A stretch of 63,159 nt of DNA from an uncultured Anaerolineales bacterium (GTDB lineage: Bacteria > Chloroflexota > Anaerolineae > CG2-30-64-16), in contig CAYLZG010000008.1 of assembly GCA_964387985.1 (NCBI GenBank), positions 1-63,159 of the forward strand. The letters run 5' to 3'. Positions 18,400 to 28,800 of the stretch are shown one piece after another (the first letter of the stretch is position 1; every line of letters begins with the position of its first letter). A program made the translations under genes and the position numbers. Below the pieces are notes generated by a model that had not been told where the DNA came from, did not search any database, and worked only from the letters and a program-made list of their open reading frames with translations.

Positions 18400-20430
18400 C
18401 TATCCGGAGCCCAATCGGCCGCATTGCCGTTGATAGATCTGTCCGTCGGCGACCAGTGTGGAACAGAATTCTGCGTCGGCCTCCAGCTCAGTCCAGCCAC
18501 GCAGAGTGACGGCGATCAAAGCCGCGGAATACAGCCGCCCCAGACGTACAACGACAGTATGGTCTACCACGCTGACCAGCCCCATCGTGGTCAGCACATC
18601 GGAGAGCCGGCAGCCATGATTGAACTCCACGTACAGGTAGGCGCTGTCGGCTGCAATCGCGCCAGGGTTGCTCACCACCAATGTGGCCCCGCTGCGGCCG
18701 ATGGTGAGCTGACCCCCGGAATTGCCCAGCAGGGATAGTGTGGGCAACGCCCCAGTCGGGTCGGTGTCGCTGTCTGACGCGACAGTTCTGTCACGGGGAT
18801 CAGAGGTCGGGACCCGCACGCTGGGCAACGGTCCGCAAACATCGGGTAAGCGGATGCCATTGCTGACTGTAACGCAATGCAAATCAGCCGCGGGCTTGGC
18901 GACGGCAGGTGCGCGCACGGTCAAGCGCACGACGACCTGCTCGCCCGGTTGCAGGACGCCCAAGCTGATCCGCAAGCGGCCCTCAACGATACTGACGAGC
19001 CCCTTGCTGGCGGCAGCGCCGGCAAGATTCCAACCTGGTGGCAATGCATCGATCAGCGCGATGGGCTGCGATGCCAGATCTCCGTCATTGCGCACGACGA
19101 AGGCAAGTTGTGCCACCTTACCAGCGATCACCGGCTGCGGGCGGTCCTCCAGTGCCACCAAAATGCGGGCTTGAGGCCACGCGGTTGGCGAGGGTGACGG
19201 CAGCAGTGTCGCCGTGGGCGCGCGGCTCGGCGTGCTCGTTGGAGTGCTGGTCGACGGCACTCTGGTCGGCCACCAAGGCGTAACGGTCGGCACATCCATG
19301 GCCCCGCCAGAGGGCGTTGCCGTGCGCGTGCGAGTGGGTGGCACCAGTGTTGCGAGATTTGCAGTTGCTGTGGTTGTGGGAGTAGATGATCGCAGAGTGG
19401 GTGTGGCGCTGGACATACGCGTGGCAGTCGCTGTCGGAGGCAGCGGCGTCCAGGTAGGCTGCTCTGTCGGCTGAGTAACGGTCGGCGGGATCGAAGTAGG
19501 AGGCCGAGCCGTAGGTGTGGCGGTGGGAGTCGGCATCAGCGTGACAGTAGCAGTCGGTGTCGGCGTGGTGGTTGGCGTCGCCGTTGGCGCGTCGGTGGAT
19601 GTTGCGGTGGGCGAGGGCAGCAACGTCGGAGTAGCGGTCGGCACGGCGGTGGATGTCACCGTCGGAGTAGAAGTCGGGCGGGGCGTCATAGAGGGCGTAT
19701 GAGTTGGCACCCGGGTGCGCGTGGCTGTCGGTGAGCTTGTTGGCTGCGGAGTTGCGGTTGCGGTCGATGTATTCGTCGGCACTGGCGTTTCGGTTGCAGT
19801 GGCCGTCAGGGTAGGTGCAGAGGTACTAGTCTGCGTTGGTGTGGCTGTGTGTGTAGGCACCGGGCTCGGAGTGTGGGTGGGCATGCGAGTTGGAGTATGC
19901 GTGGCATGGGGCGTCGGCGTGAGCGTCGGCGGAAGAGGACTGCGGCTGACCACGAAAACGTTATCCCCGTACGTGCCAGGCTCCAGAAAGCCAAACAAGA
20001 TGCCAGCCGGCCCCAAAGCCGCACCACCAGGCCCGGGTCGCACCTGGACTGCCTCATACTCTGCTCCTGTCAGGATTAAACCGAGGTAGAAATGGCTGTA
20101 GGAGAGCTCAGTACTGAGCCTGAAGGTACCATCCGACCGGACGGCGGTTCCCCACAGGAACTCTTGCGGTCCTGCAGCCGTACCACCCATCAAGCGAATC
20201 GCAAAAGCCTGCGGGTTCTCGGGCGTCAGGCCATCCTGATCCTGAACCGTACCGGCAAATGTCCATGTGTCCGCGTCTGGCACCAGGTCGAGCTCAGCAA
20301 GGTCGATTCCAGGATTTGCAGGAGCCGCGCCGAAAACGACCATCGCAGCGAGCCACTGCAATGCCAGCAGCAGCAGACTGACCCCGATGATCGCAGTAAG
20401 CCGTTGGCGAGATAGCGCGCGTCGGCCCAC
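18400..20430 (-). CDS. secreted/anchored protein with ~250-aa Thr/Pro-rich region and DUF11-like C-terminal repeat domains
   Basis: GTG start after a GAGGGGA RBS, 34 nt downstream of the anti-sigma stop. Signal anchor [24 protein letters not shown]. Long TPTPT tract. The C-terminal beta-sandwich repeats resemble the 'conserved repeat domain' ([12 protein letters not shown]..., [12 protein letters not shown]). Confidence 0.65.
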   Translation of the reverse strand: MGRRALSRQRLTAIIGVSLLLLALQWLAAMVVFGAAPANPGIDLAELDLVPDADTWTFAGTVQDQDGLTPENPQAFAIRLMGGTAAGPQEFLWGTAVRSDGTFRLSTELSYSHFYLGLILTGAEYEAVQVRPGPGGAALGPAGILFGFLEPGTYGDNVFVVSRSPLPPTLTPTPHATHTPTRMPTHTPSPVPTHTATPTQTSTSAPTLTATATETPVPTNTSTATATPQPTSSPTATRTRVPTHTPSMTPRPTSTPTVTSTAVPTATPTLLPSPTATSTDAPTATPTTTPTPTATVTLMPTPTATPTARPPTSIPPTVTQPTEQPTWTPLPPTATATRMSSATPTLRSSTPTTTATANLATLVPPTRTRTATPSGGAMDVPTVTPWWPTRVPSTSTPTSTPSRAPTATLLPSPSPTAWPQARILVALEDRPQPVIAGKVAQLAFVVRNDGDLASQPIALIDALPPGWNLAGAAASKGLVSIVEGRLRISLGVLQPGEQVVVRLTVRAPAVAKPAADLHCVTVSNGIRLPDVCGPLPSVRVPTSDPRDRTVASDSDTDPTGALPTLSLLGNSGGQLTIGRSGATLVVSNPGAIAADSAYLYVEFNHGCRLSDVLTTMGLVSVVDHTVVVRLGRLYSAALIAVTLRGWTELEADAEFCSTLVADGQIYQRQCGRLGSG

Positions 20431-20464
20431 TGTCCCCTCAAAGACCTAAAGAAGCACTCCTACC

Positions 20465-21922
20465 CTACTGGGCAGGCTCGTACACGATGACCGACTCAAG
20501 AGTAATACTGTTGCCAGCCGGATCCGTGGCAACCAGATTGATTGGGTTAGCGCCAAGCGCCAGAGGAAGCTCTTGCGAGAAATCTCCCTGTTCATCAACG
20601 ATTACCGGTTCACCGTTGGCGAACAGTGTAACCCCCGGTTCAGTGCTACCAGCGAGGGATACCGAACTCGTCGTAACCTGGGGGTCGGAAGGGCTGGTCA
20701 ACAACAGGGGGGGATGGGTATAATCTACAACGACAGTCTTGACCGGCGCAGCCAGGCTCGCCTCGCCCGTTGCTGTCTCCATGCTAGCCGTAATCCGATA
20801 GATGCCCTCGGAATCAGGAGTGAAATCGACCGCAGCCACTCCATCGTCGTTGGCGATCATCTCCTTCAACACGACATCGTTGACATAGAAGGCGACGCGA
20901 GCGCCAGGGAGCGTCTGAATCACCCAAGGCATCGAGGTCGTATTCACAAAGTAGCGCTCAGAGGCATTTTCGCCCCCACCATCTCTTTCCGCCAATGCGG
21001 TCGATGACATGCGAGGGGGTTGAGGGCGCACATTAACCTCGGGCACGGATTCGCCCAACCGCACCATCAACTCCCGGCCGGCCTCGATATCGAATGCCTT
21101 CCCGTCGAAGCTGACGCGCACCAAGCCCTTGTCGGTGGCGACGCGAGTCTTATCGGACTCCACACCAACCCGAAAGACGGTACCCTTTACATGAGCCACC
21201 AGACTAGGGGTGCTAACCTCGAACCGTTCGCCATTCTCCGGTCGCAAACGCTCAACTTGCGACCGCACCTCACCGCGCTCCAATCGCATTGCGACGACGA
21301 GCGGCTTGGAAGCCGAACGCGCCTGAAGTTCTTCCACCGTCAATTGCGCGCCCGAACCTACCGCCATCTTGCTGCCGTCAGAGAGCGCGATCTCAGCTTC
21401 GGTCGCGCTGTCGCTGCTGAGCTGGTCGCCCGGTCGCAGCCGAACTAGCTGACCGGGCGATACCGTGATCGAACGCATAAGCCCGGTGTCAATGAAAAGA
21501 CTCACGGGGCGGGCGATGTGTAACTCACCGTCAATCACGCTAAGGGTAGCGACCTGACTGCGCGGGTCCAGCGAAGCGAGTCTGCTCACCAGCACAGCAC
21601 CCAGCGTGAGAATCAGCACCGCACCCAGCGCGACCATCGCCAGGCGCAGTCCATATCCAGTGTGCGACGGCGAAACCTCGCGGCCTGGACGCGGAGCGGA
21701 CTGAGCGGATGGTGCAGACCTTCGCCACCAAGAGCGCTTTGCGCGCCGAGACGCCTGCGCGGCGAGCTCTTCCAGTATGATGCCGCGTAACCGGGCCACA
21801 TATTCCGGGCGCATCGGCAGCGGTGTACGCCTCAATGGGGCAAACGCAATCGCAAGCTCGTCCTCAACGTTGAGAGGAGTCTCTTGATTAGGTGCTAAGT
21901 CCTGCGAGACCATGTCGCTCAC
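20465..21922 (-). CDS. anti-sigma factor with FecR domain and extracytoplasmic Ig-like C-terminal domains
   Basis: The start (GTG at 21922 or ATG at 21913) overlaps or abuts the sigma gene's TGA at 21919-21921. The order is a cytoplasmic N-terminus, one TM helix (LRLAMVALGAVLILTLGAVLV), a FecR-like block (GELHIARP..., ALSDGSKMAVGSGAQLTV..., HVKGTVFRVGV), then two Ig-like beta domains. Confidence 0.75.
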   Translation of the reverse strand: MSDMVSQDLAPNQETPLNVEDELAIAFAPLRRTPLPMRPEYVARLRGIILEELAAQASRRAKRSWWRRSAPSAQSAPRPGREVSPSHTGYGLRLAMVALGAVLILTLGAVLVSRLASLDPRSQVATLSVIDGELHIARPVSLFIDTGLMRSITVSPGQLVRLRPGDQLSSDSATEAEIALSDGSKMAVGSGAQLTVEELQARSASKPLVVAMRLERGEVRSQVERLRPENGERFEVSTPSLVAHVKGTVFRVGVESDKTRVATDKGLVRVSFDGKAFDIEAGRELMVRLGESVPEVNVRPQPPRMSSTALAERDGGGENASERYFVNTTSMPWVIQTLPGARVAFYVNDVVLKEMIANDDGVAAVDFTPDSEGIYRITASMETATGEASLAAPVKTVVVDYTHPPLLLTSPSDPQVTTSSVSLAGSTEPGVTLFANGEPVIVDEQGDFSQELPLALGANPINLVATDPAGNSITLESVIVYEPAQ

Positions 21923-22533
21923 CTGTATCCGGGACTGGCATCCACAAGCCGTTCCCGCAGCGCCGCACGAGCTCGGGTCAAGAGCGATTCGACCGATTTC
22001 TCCGATCGCGCCATGATCTGCGCGAGCTCACTGACCGCTAACCCATCAATGTACTTGCCCACCAGCACGGTCCGATAATCAACGGGCAGCGCATGAAGAG
22101 CCTGTTCCAGAATCTGCTGCTGCGCTAACTCACCCTCGACCGATGGCGATGCACTGGCCAAATTCCCCAACTCATCAAACGTTTCGGATGAGAGCCGCTG
22201 GCGCGAGCGTTGCTGCTGGCGAACATAGTCCTGAACCTTATGCCGGGCAATAGCGCACAACCAGGTGTACAGGCTGCAGTCGCCCCGGTAACGTGGCAAC
22301 GAGCGTAGCGCCGCGACCATCGTCTCCTGCAAGACATCCTCCACATCCGGCGTGTTGTCACCGCCCATCGTCCGCCAGATGAAACGGTACAGCTTAGGCA
22401 CATAAGTCGCGAACAGGTCTTCAAGCGCGCGCTCATCACCTGCCCGAAGGCGCGCCACATAGGCGCGCTCATCGAGGCACCCCTCTGTTGTGCTATCGCG
22501 TTTCGCATCAGCTGAGATGCCGATAGTGATCAC
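21919..22533 (-). CDS. ECF-type RNA polymerase sigma-70 family factor
   Basis: 204 aa. Region 2 (LEDLFATYVPKLYRFIWRTMG...DVEDVLQETMVAALRSL, YTWLCAIARHKVQDYVR) and region 4 (LPVDYRTVLVGKYIDGLAVSELAQIMARSEKSVESLLTRAR) are both present. The exact start is uncertain; the longest frame begins with GTG. Confidence 0.85.
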   Translation of the reverse strand: MITIGISADAKRDSTTEGCLDERAYVARLRAGDERALEDLFATYVPKLYRFIWRTMGGDNTPDVEDVLQETMVAALRSLPRYRGDCSLYTWLCAIARHKVQDYVRQQQRSRQRLSSETFDELGNLASASPSVEGELAQQQILEQALHALPVDYRTVLVGKYIDGLAVSELAQIMARSEKSVESLLTRARAALRERLVDASPGYR

Positions 22534-22687
22534 AATCTCTGTGCACCTAATAAGTCGTTAGAGAGTGCCTGAATCCTGCGAACAACCTGACAATCGAACT
22601 GCGCAAGCGGTCAGTAATGTATAAGGCACAGGCCAACCCAGAAAGGAGTGCGAGTCAAGGACTGAGTCCAATATTACCTTGATTATA

Positions 22688-22716
22688 GGAGTTCTGCAAA
22701 TGTACTGGGAGTTCTG
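22688..22716. promoter_or_regulatory. direct repeat GGAGTTCTG x2, 20 bp apart, in the divergent intergenic region
   Basis: Identical 9-mers at 22688-22696 and 22708-22716, i.e. two helical turns apart, between the sigma gene and the PKS promoter. Confidence 0.3.
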
Positions 22717-22741
22717 AGAGAGAACATACAGAGATAGCTGC

Positions 22742-22770
22742 TTGACAGGCCGGATACTTTGCGCTATAGT
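22742..22770 (+). promoter_or_regulatory. near-consensus sigma-70 promoter TTGACA-N17-TATAGT for the PKS operon
   Basis: -35 at 22742-22747 and -10 at 22765-22770 with an exact 17-nt spacer. It lies ~80 nt upstream of the ATG at 22850, which is preceded by a GGAG RBS. The surrounding spacer is AT-rich. Confidence 0.55.
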
Positions 22771-22849
22771 CGTACAAAGTCAGAACATTGGGCTGTTTAG
22801 AGTACGGCGCGTTTCTCTTCGTTTGGAGTCAATTTTAATGGAGTAAAAC

Positions 22850-25800
22850 ATGCGTGTATTCGAATTTGTAGTCCTGACTCCTTCTCCATTGAATGATCCT
22901 TCGGTGGCAATTGCTGCGAATCGTGCCGGGGCTCTGGGTGTGCTCAACCTGGAATTTGCTAACGATGGCGTTGCTGCCAGGCAGGCCATTTCCGAACTGA
23001 TCCGTTATACCGACAAAGAATGCGGCGTTCGGTTTGACAGTTCCTCCACTACATTTGTCAAGGAACTACTTCCCGCCATACCTGGGCAGATCACCGTCGC
23101 AATCCTTACTTGCTCTGATCCGAAGCAGTGGGAAGATCTGGTGCCTGTTCTCCACCAGCATGGGCTAAAGATTTGGCTGGAGGTCACGAACGTCTCCATG
23201 GCCAAGTACGCTGAAGCTCTGGACGTCGACGGTTTGATTGCAAAAGGACACGAGAGCACCGGCTGGATTCACGAAGAGACAACTTTCATCCTCCTCCAGC
23301 GCATAGTGGCTTCCACCGTGCTACCGGTCCTGGCATATGGCGGAATCGGGTTGCATAACGTCGCGGCGTGTAAAGTTGCCGGTGCTTCAGGTGTGGTGCT
23401 CGATACACAACTGGCCCTGACGCGCGAATCATCCCTCCCCGAGCCGGCTCGGGAGACAATTGCTGCCATGGATGGCAGTGAAACCCTCTGTCTCGGGGCC
23501 GAAGTCGGCCTCCAGTTCCGCAGTTACGCGCGCCCCGGCAGCAGTGTCGTGCAGCGACTGCGTGCGCTCGCCGTCGACTTGAGCCAAAATGGCGATATGC
23601 CGGAGAACAAGCAGATAGCCTGGCACAATGCGCTTACTGCCCAGGTGGGTTGGAACTCACCTGATGAGAACCTCTGGCCTCTCGGACAGGACGTGGCCTT
23701 TGCCGCGTCGCTTGCGCAAAGATACAGCACCGTCGGCGGCGTTCTCGAAGCGATGCGCGAGGCACTGAGAGAGCACCTGGATCAGGCGGCCGCTTCATCA
23801 CCTTGGGCGGAGAACACGCCGCTGGCCAAAGCCCACGGCTGCCGCTACCCGATCTTTCAGGGTCCCATGACCCGCGTGAGCGACACTGCTGAATTCGCCC
23901 TGCGGGTGGCAGAGAATGGAGGCCTGCCGTTCCTGGCCCTTGCCCTTATGCGTGGCCCCGATGTCGAGACTCTGCTCGCCGAGACCCAGCGTCTCTTGGG
24001 CGACCGACCGTGGGGGGTCGGGGTCTTGGGCTTTACACCGTTAGCACTCCGCCAGGAGCAGTTGCAGGTCATCCACAAGTTCCGGCCTGCGTGTGCGCTG
24101 ATTGCAGGCGGGAGACCCGACCAGGCGCAGGAGCTGGAGGCTAGTGGTATTGCCACCTATCTGCATGTCCCTTCGCCAGGTCTGCTACGCCTGTACCTCC
24201 AAGCCGGCGCGCGCCGCTTCATCTTCGAGGGCCTGGAGTGCGGAGGACATGTCGGTCCACGCAGCAGCTTTGTCCTCTGGGAAACAGCAGTAGAAATTAT
24301 CAGTAACGAGGTCCCTGCCGCTGATCTGAAGGATTGTGAAGTGATGTTTGCAGGAGGCATACATGATAGGGTCTCCGCGGCCATGGTTGCGACAGTCGCC
24401 GCGCCACTCGCTGCGCGGGGAGTATGCATTGGGGTGTTGATGGGCACTGCTTATCTATTTACCGAGGAGGTGGTCAGTTCGGGTGCCATCTTGCAGCGTT
24501 TCCAACAAGAAGCACTGCGCTGCAACACCACGGTGCGCCTCGAATCTGGCCCCGGATACGAAACTCGATGTGTTTCTACTCCCTTCGTGAATACCTTTAA
24601 CCAGGAGAAGCTGCGCTTGATTCGTGAGGGTAAGTCACCGCAGGACATACGCGAGGCTCTCGAGGAATTCAACGTGGGGCGTCTGCGCATTGCGGCAAAG
24701 GGTATCGCTCACCAGTCACAACCAGACCACAATTCTGCGGGTCGCAAATACGTGAGCGTCGGCGAGGAAGTGCAGCACCGAGATGGCCTTTATATGATTG
24801 GCCAGGTGGCCGCGCTACACAATCAGCCGTTCAGCATGGCCGAGCTGCATCACGAAGTCGCGGAGGAAAGCGCCGCCTTGTTAAGAGCGCTTGCCGACAT
24901 GGAATCCACACCGACGACGAAGGCAGCCCAAGCTCCGGCCCAGATCGCCATCGTGGGAATGAGCGCGATTCTGCCCAAGGCCGGCGATCTGCAGACATAC
25001 TGGGAGAACATTCTTAACGGCGTTGACGGCATCACCGAAATCCCCAAAGAGCGCTGGGATGCCGATCTGTACTACAGTACGGACCGCAATGCTCGCGACA
25101 AGATCTACTCGCGGTGGGGTGGGTTCATCGACGCAGTCACTTTCAATCCGGTGGAGTTCGGCATCCCTCCCAACTCGTTGTCATCGATTGACCCTATGCA
25201 TCTGCTGGCTCTTGTGGCCACGCGCGAGGCTCTAAGAGACGCCGGCTATCAGAGCCGCCCTTTTGAGCGGAGCCGGACGTCCGTCATCCTCGGTGCCAGC
25301 GGCGGCACAGGCGACCTCGGCGCAGACTATCTTCTCCGGTCAGGCCTCCCACTGCTGTTCGGCGATAAAGGGTTTGACCTCGCAGCCGGTGCCGGTGACG
25401 CGCTGCCGGAATGGACGGAGGATTCTTTCGCCGGACTGCTGCCGAACGTGTCGGCAGGCCGGATCGCCAACCGCTTCGACCTGGGTGGCGTGAACTTTGT
25501 GGTCGACGCGGCTTGCGCATCGTCACTGGCTGCCGTCCACCTGGCGGTCAGGGAACTGGTGGCCGGCAACAGTGACATTGTCATTACCGGCGGCGTCGAC
25601 ACGGCGCAGAATCCCTTCAGCTACCTGTGCTTCAGCAAGACACGGGCTCTCTCGCCCACGGGCCAACCGCGGGTCTTCGACGCAGAGGGCGATGGCATCG
25701 TGATCAGCGAGGGCGTGGCCATGCTAGTCCTCAAGCGACTGGCGGATGCGGAGCGAGACGGAGACCGCGTCTACGCGGTGATTCAGGCGGTGTCGGGCTC

Positions 25801-28800
25801 CAGCGACGGTCGGGCCATGGGAATGACGGCGCCGCGGCCAGAAGGCCAGATGCTTGCGCTGCGGCGGGCTTACGACGACGCGGGGTATGATCCCACCACC
25901 GTCGGCCTGTTCGAAGCTCATGGTACAGGCACAGTAGTCGGCGATCGCACCGAAGCCCAATCGCTGGCGCGATTCCTCGAATCCCACGGCGCGCAGCCCG
26001 GCAGACATGCTATCGGCTCAGTGAAATCGATGATCGGGCATACGAAGGCTACTGCAGGCGTAGCCGGTCTGGCAAAGGTCGCACTGTCGCTCTACCACAA
26101 AATCCTGCCGCCTACTCTGCGTGTGAGCCGGCCGAATCCCAATGTGCAGTTCGGAAAGACACCGCTCTATGTCAACTCCGAAATGCGACCGTGGCTCCGG
26201 GACCTGGCGGGTCATCCGCGACGCGCAGGCGTCAGCGCCTTTGGTTTCGGCGGCACCAACTTCCACGCTGCCGTAGAGGAATACACGGGGGACTTCCTCG
26301 CGAAGAAGCGGGAAGCTCCCAGCCAACAGTGGTCCAGTGAGCTCTTCCTGTGGAGAGCGGCTTCCAAACAGCAACTGGCGGAGCAGCTGCTTGTCCTGAT
26401 GCAAGGCATCGACCAGGGTGCCCAGCCGAGATTGCTCGACCTGGCCTACACCCTCGCGAAGCATGCCGCCGAAGCTCCCGCGCCTGGCCAGACGCTGGCC
26501 ATCGTTGCCGGCTCGCTCCCGGATCTGAGACAGAAACTAGCGTCTGCTGAGATAGGCCTTCGCCAGACCGGCCAGGATCCGATACGCCTTAATGCTGCGC
26601 AAGGAATCTACTTTAGCGACGAACCTTTGGCGCGAACAGGCAAGGTGGCTTTCTTATTCCCAGGTCAGGGTTCTCAGTACGTGAATATGCTGCGTGACCT
26701 GGCCGTCCATTTCCCTGAGGTACGCGAGACTTTCGAGCAGGCCGACCAAGAGCTGGCGCAACGCTTCCCCGGGAGATTGAGCAACATCATCTTCCCGCCC
26801 CCCGCGTTCACCGATCAGGAACGGCAACTGCAGTCCGACGAATTGACGCAGACCGATCGCGCGCAGCCGTCATTAGGAGCGGCAGGCGCCGCCTTGCTGC
26901 GGTTGCTGGAAACCCTGGGCGTGAAGCCTGAGATGGTTGCCGGCCACAGCTATGGCGAATATGTGGCGCTATGGGCTGCAGAAGTCATTGATTTCCGTAC
27001 CCTTGCCACACTGTCGGAGGCGCGGGGACGGTTCATTATCGAAGCCGCAGCGGGCGACCTGGGCACGATGGCCGCGGTGCGTGCCCCTGCGGATAAGATT
27101 GCCCCCATCATTGCAGCCGTCGACGGCGTGTGGGTCGCGAATCTGAACGCTCCTACCCAGACTGCCATATCCGGCACGCGTGATGGCATCGCTGAAGCCG
27201 TGCGCCGGCTCGAGGCTGCAGAAATCACCGTTCGGCATTTGCCGGTTGCGTGTGGCTTCCATTCGCCGCTCGTGGCGCCGGCCCGAGATAAGCTGGCAGA
27301 AGTGCTGGCGCAGCAGCAGTTCAAAGCCGCCGTCGTGCCGGTATTCTCCAACACAACCGCGAAGCCATATCCGACGGAGCCGGAGGCCATCCGTGCACTG
27401 TTGTCGGAGCATCTGGTGCGGCCCGTGCGTTTCGCAGATGAGATCGAGGCGATGTATGAGGCGGGAGCGCGCATTTTCGTCGAGATAGGACCGCGCAATG
27501 TACTGAGCGGACTCACCGCACTCACCCTAGGCGACCGGCCACATCTCGCAATCGTAACCGATTTCCCCGGTCGCGCAGGCTTGCCGAGTTTGCTCAACGC
27601 ACTGGGCCAGCTTGCAGCCCAGGCTGTACCTGTGCAGCTGGGACGGCTCTTCCGAGGACGCGGAGCCCACACGCTGGATTTGGTCAGGTTGGCACAGAAT
27701 TCGGGCAGGGAGAAGCCCTCGGCGACTACCTGGTTGGTAGACGGCGCCAGAGCCCGTCCCGCGGGAACGCCTGCTACCGCGAAGGGCAAGCCGGCTATCG
27801 AACTGCCGGCGGCGTCAGCAGCTGCTCCGTTCGCACCGCCCCAGCCAGCGCGCAACGGCCAAGATCCCAATCCTGCTATGGACCAGTTGATCGCACCACG
27901 GTTGCCGGCGTCTTCAACGGTAGAGAGGGCTGCATCAACAGGACAGCCTATGACATCTGCCGCAAACGAAAACTCGGCAGATGTGATGATACAGTTCCAG
28001 CACCTGATGAGTCGCTTTCTGGAAACCGAGCGCAATGTCATGTTGGCCTACCTCAGTGGCAACGGTGTCGCTCCGCAAGAGTCGCAGGCGAAACCGGAGA
28101 CGGCCCAGACCGCAGCGCCGCTTTCCGCCGTCCAGGCCCAGGCCACGGCACTGCCCGCACCTGTAACACGCGGGGCTGAATCCTCTATGCCAGTCGCCAC
28201 TGAGCGTGCGCTCACTGAACAGGCAACCACCGAGCCCCCGGCATCTGAACCGGTCGCGGTAAGCAATTCCGCAGCTGCCCCACTTGCGTTCGATAGAGAA
28301 GGCCTATCCCAACACCTCCTGAAAATCGTCAGTGAACGAACGGGCTACCCACCGGACATGCTGGATTTGGACGTGGATATCGAGGCCAAGCTGGGTATCG
28401 ACTCGATCAAACGCGTCGAGATACTGGGCGCCTTGCGCCGAAGTTATCTCCCGGCTGACCGGCAGTCAGACCCGGAAGCAATGGAGCGACTGACTGGCAT
28501 CAAGACCTTGGGCGGAATCATTGACTGGTTCGAACGCGCCCTGCAGAAATCAATCGTCCAGGCTAGCCAGGACAAAGAGGTTTTCCAGGGACCTCTCTCA
28601 CCAAGCGAGACCTCACGGCGCCTCGACGCGAGCGAGTACTTGTCTACCGAGTCTAACAAGCTTGGTCAGGCAAAGAAGATCGCCGCGGGGACAACCGTGC
28701 CCCGGTCTCTGGTTGCGATTCATCCCATCCCACCAGTTGGTAGCACAACAGAAGTGTTTCCTGCGGATCGCTGTATCGTCATTACGGTCGATGGTTTCGG

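Noticed and set aside
17969-22849. A canonical ECF promoter (GGAAC-N16/17-CGTC) upstream of the sigma gene or the TSP3 gene.
   Set aside because: The - strand of 17984-18399 contains no GAAC at all. The two AGAAC motifs upstream of the sigma gene (the reverse complement of GTTCT within the repeats at 22688-22716) are not followed by a CGTC-like -10 at the right spacing.
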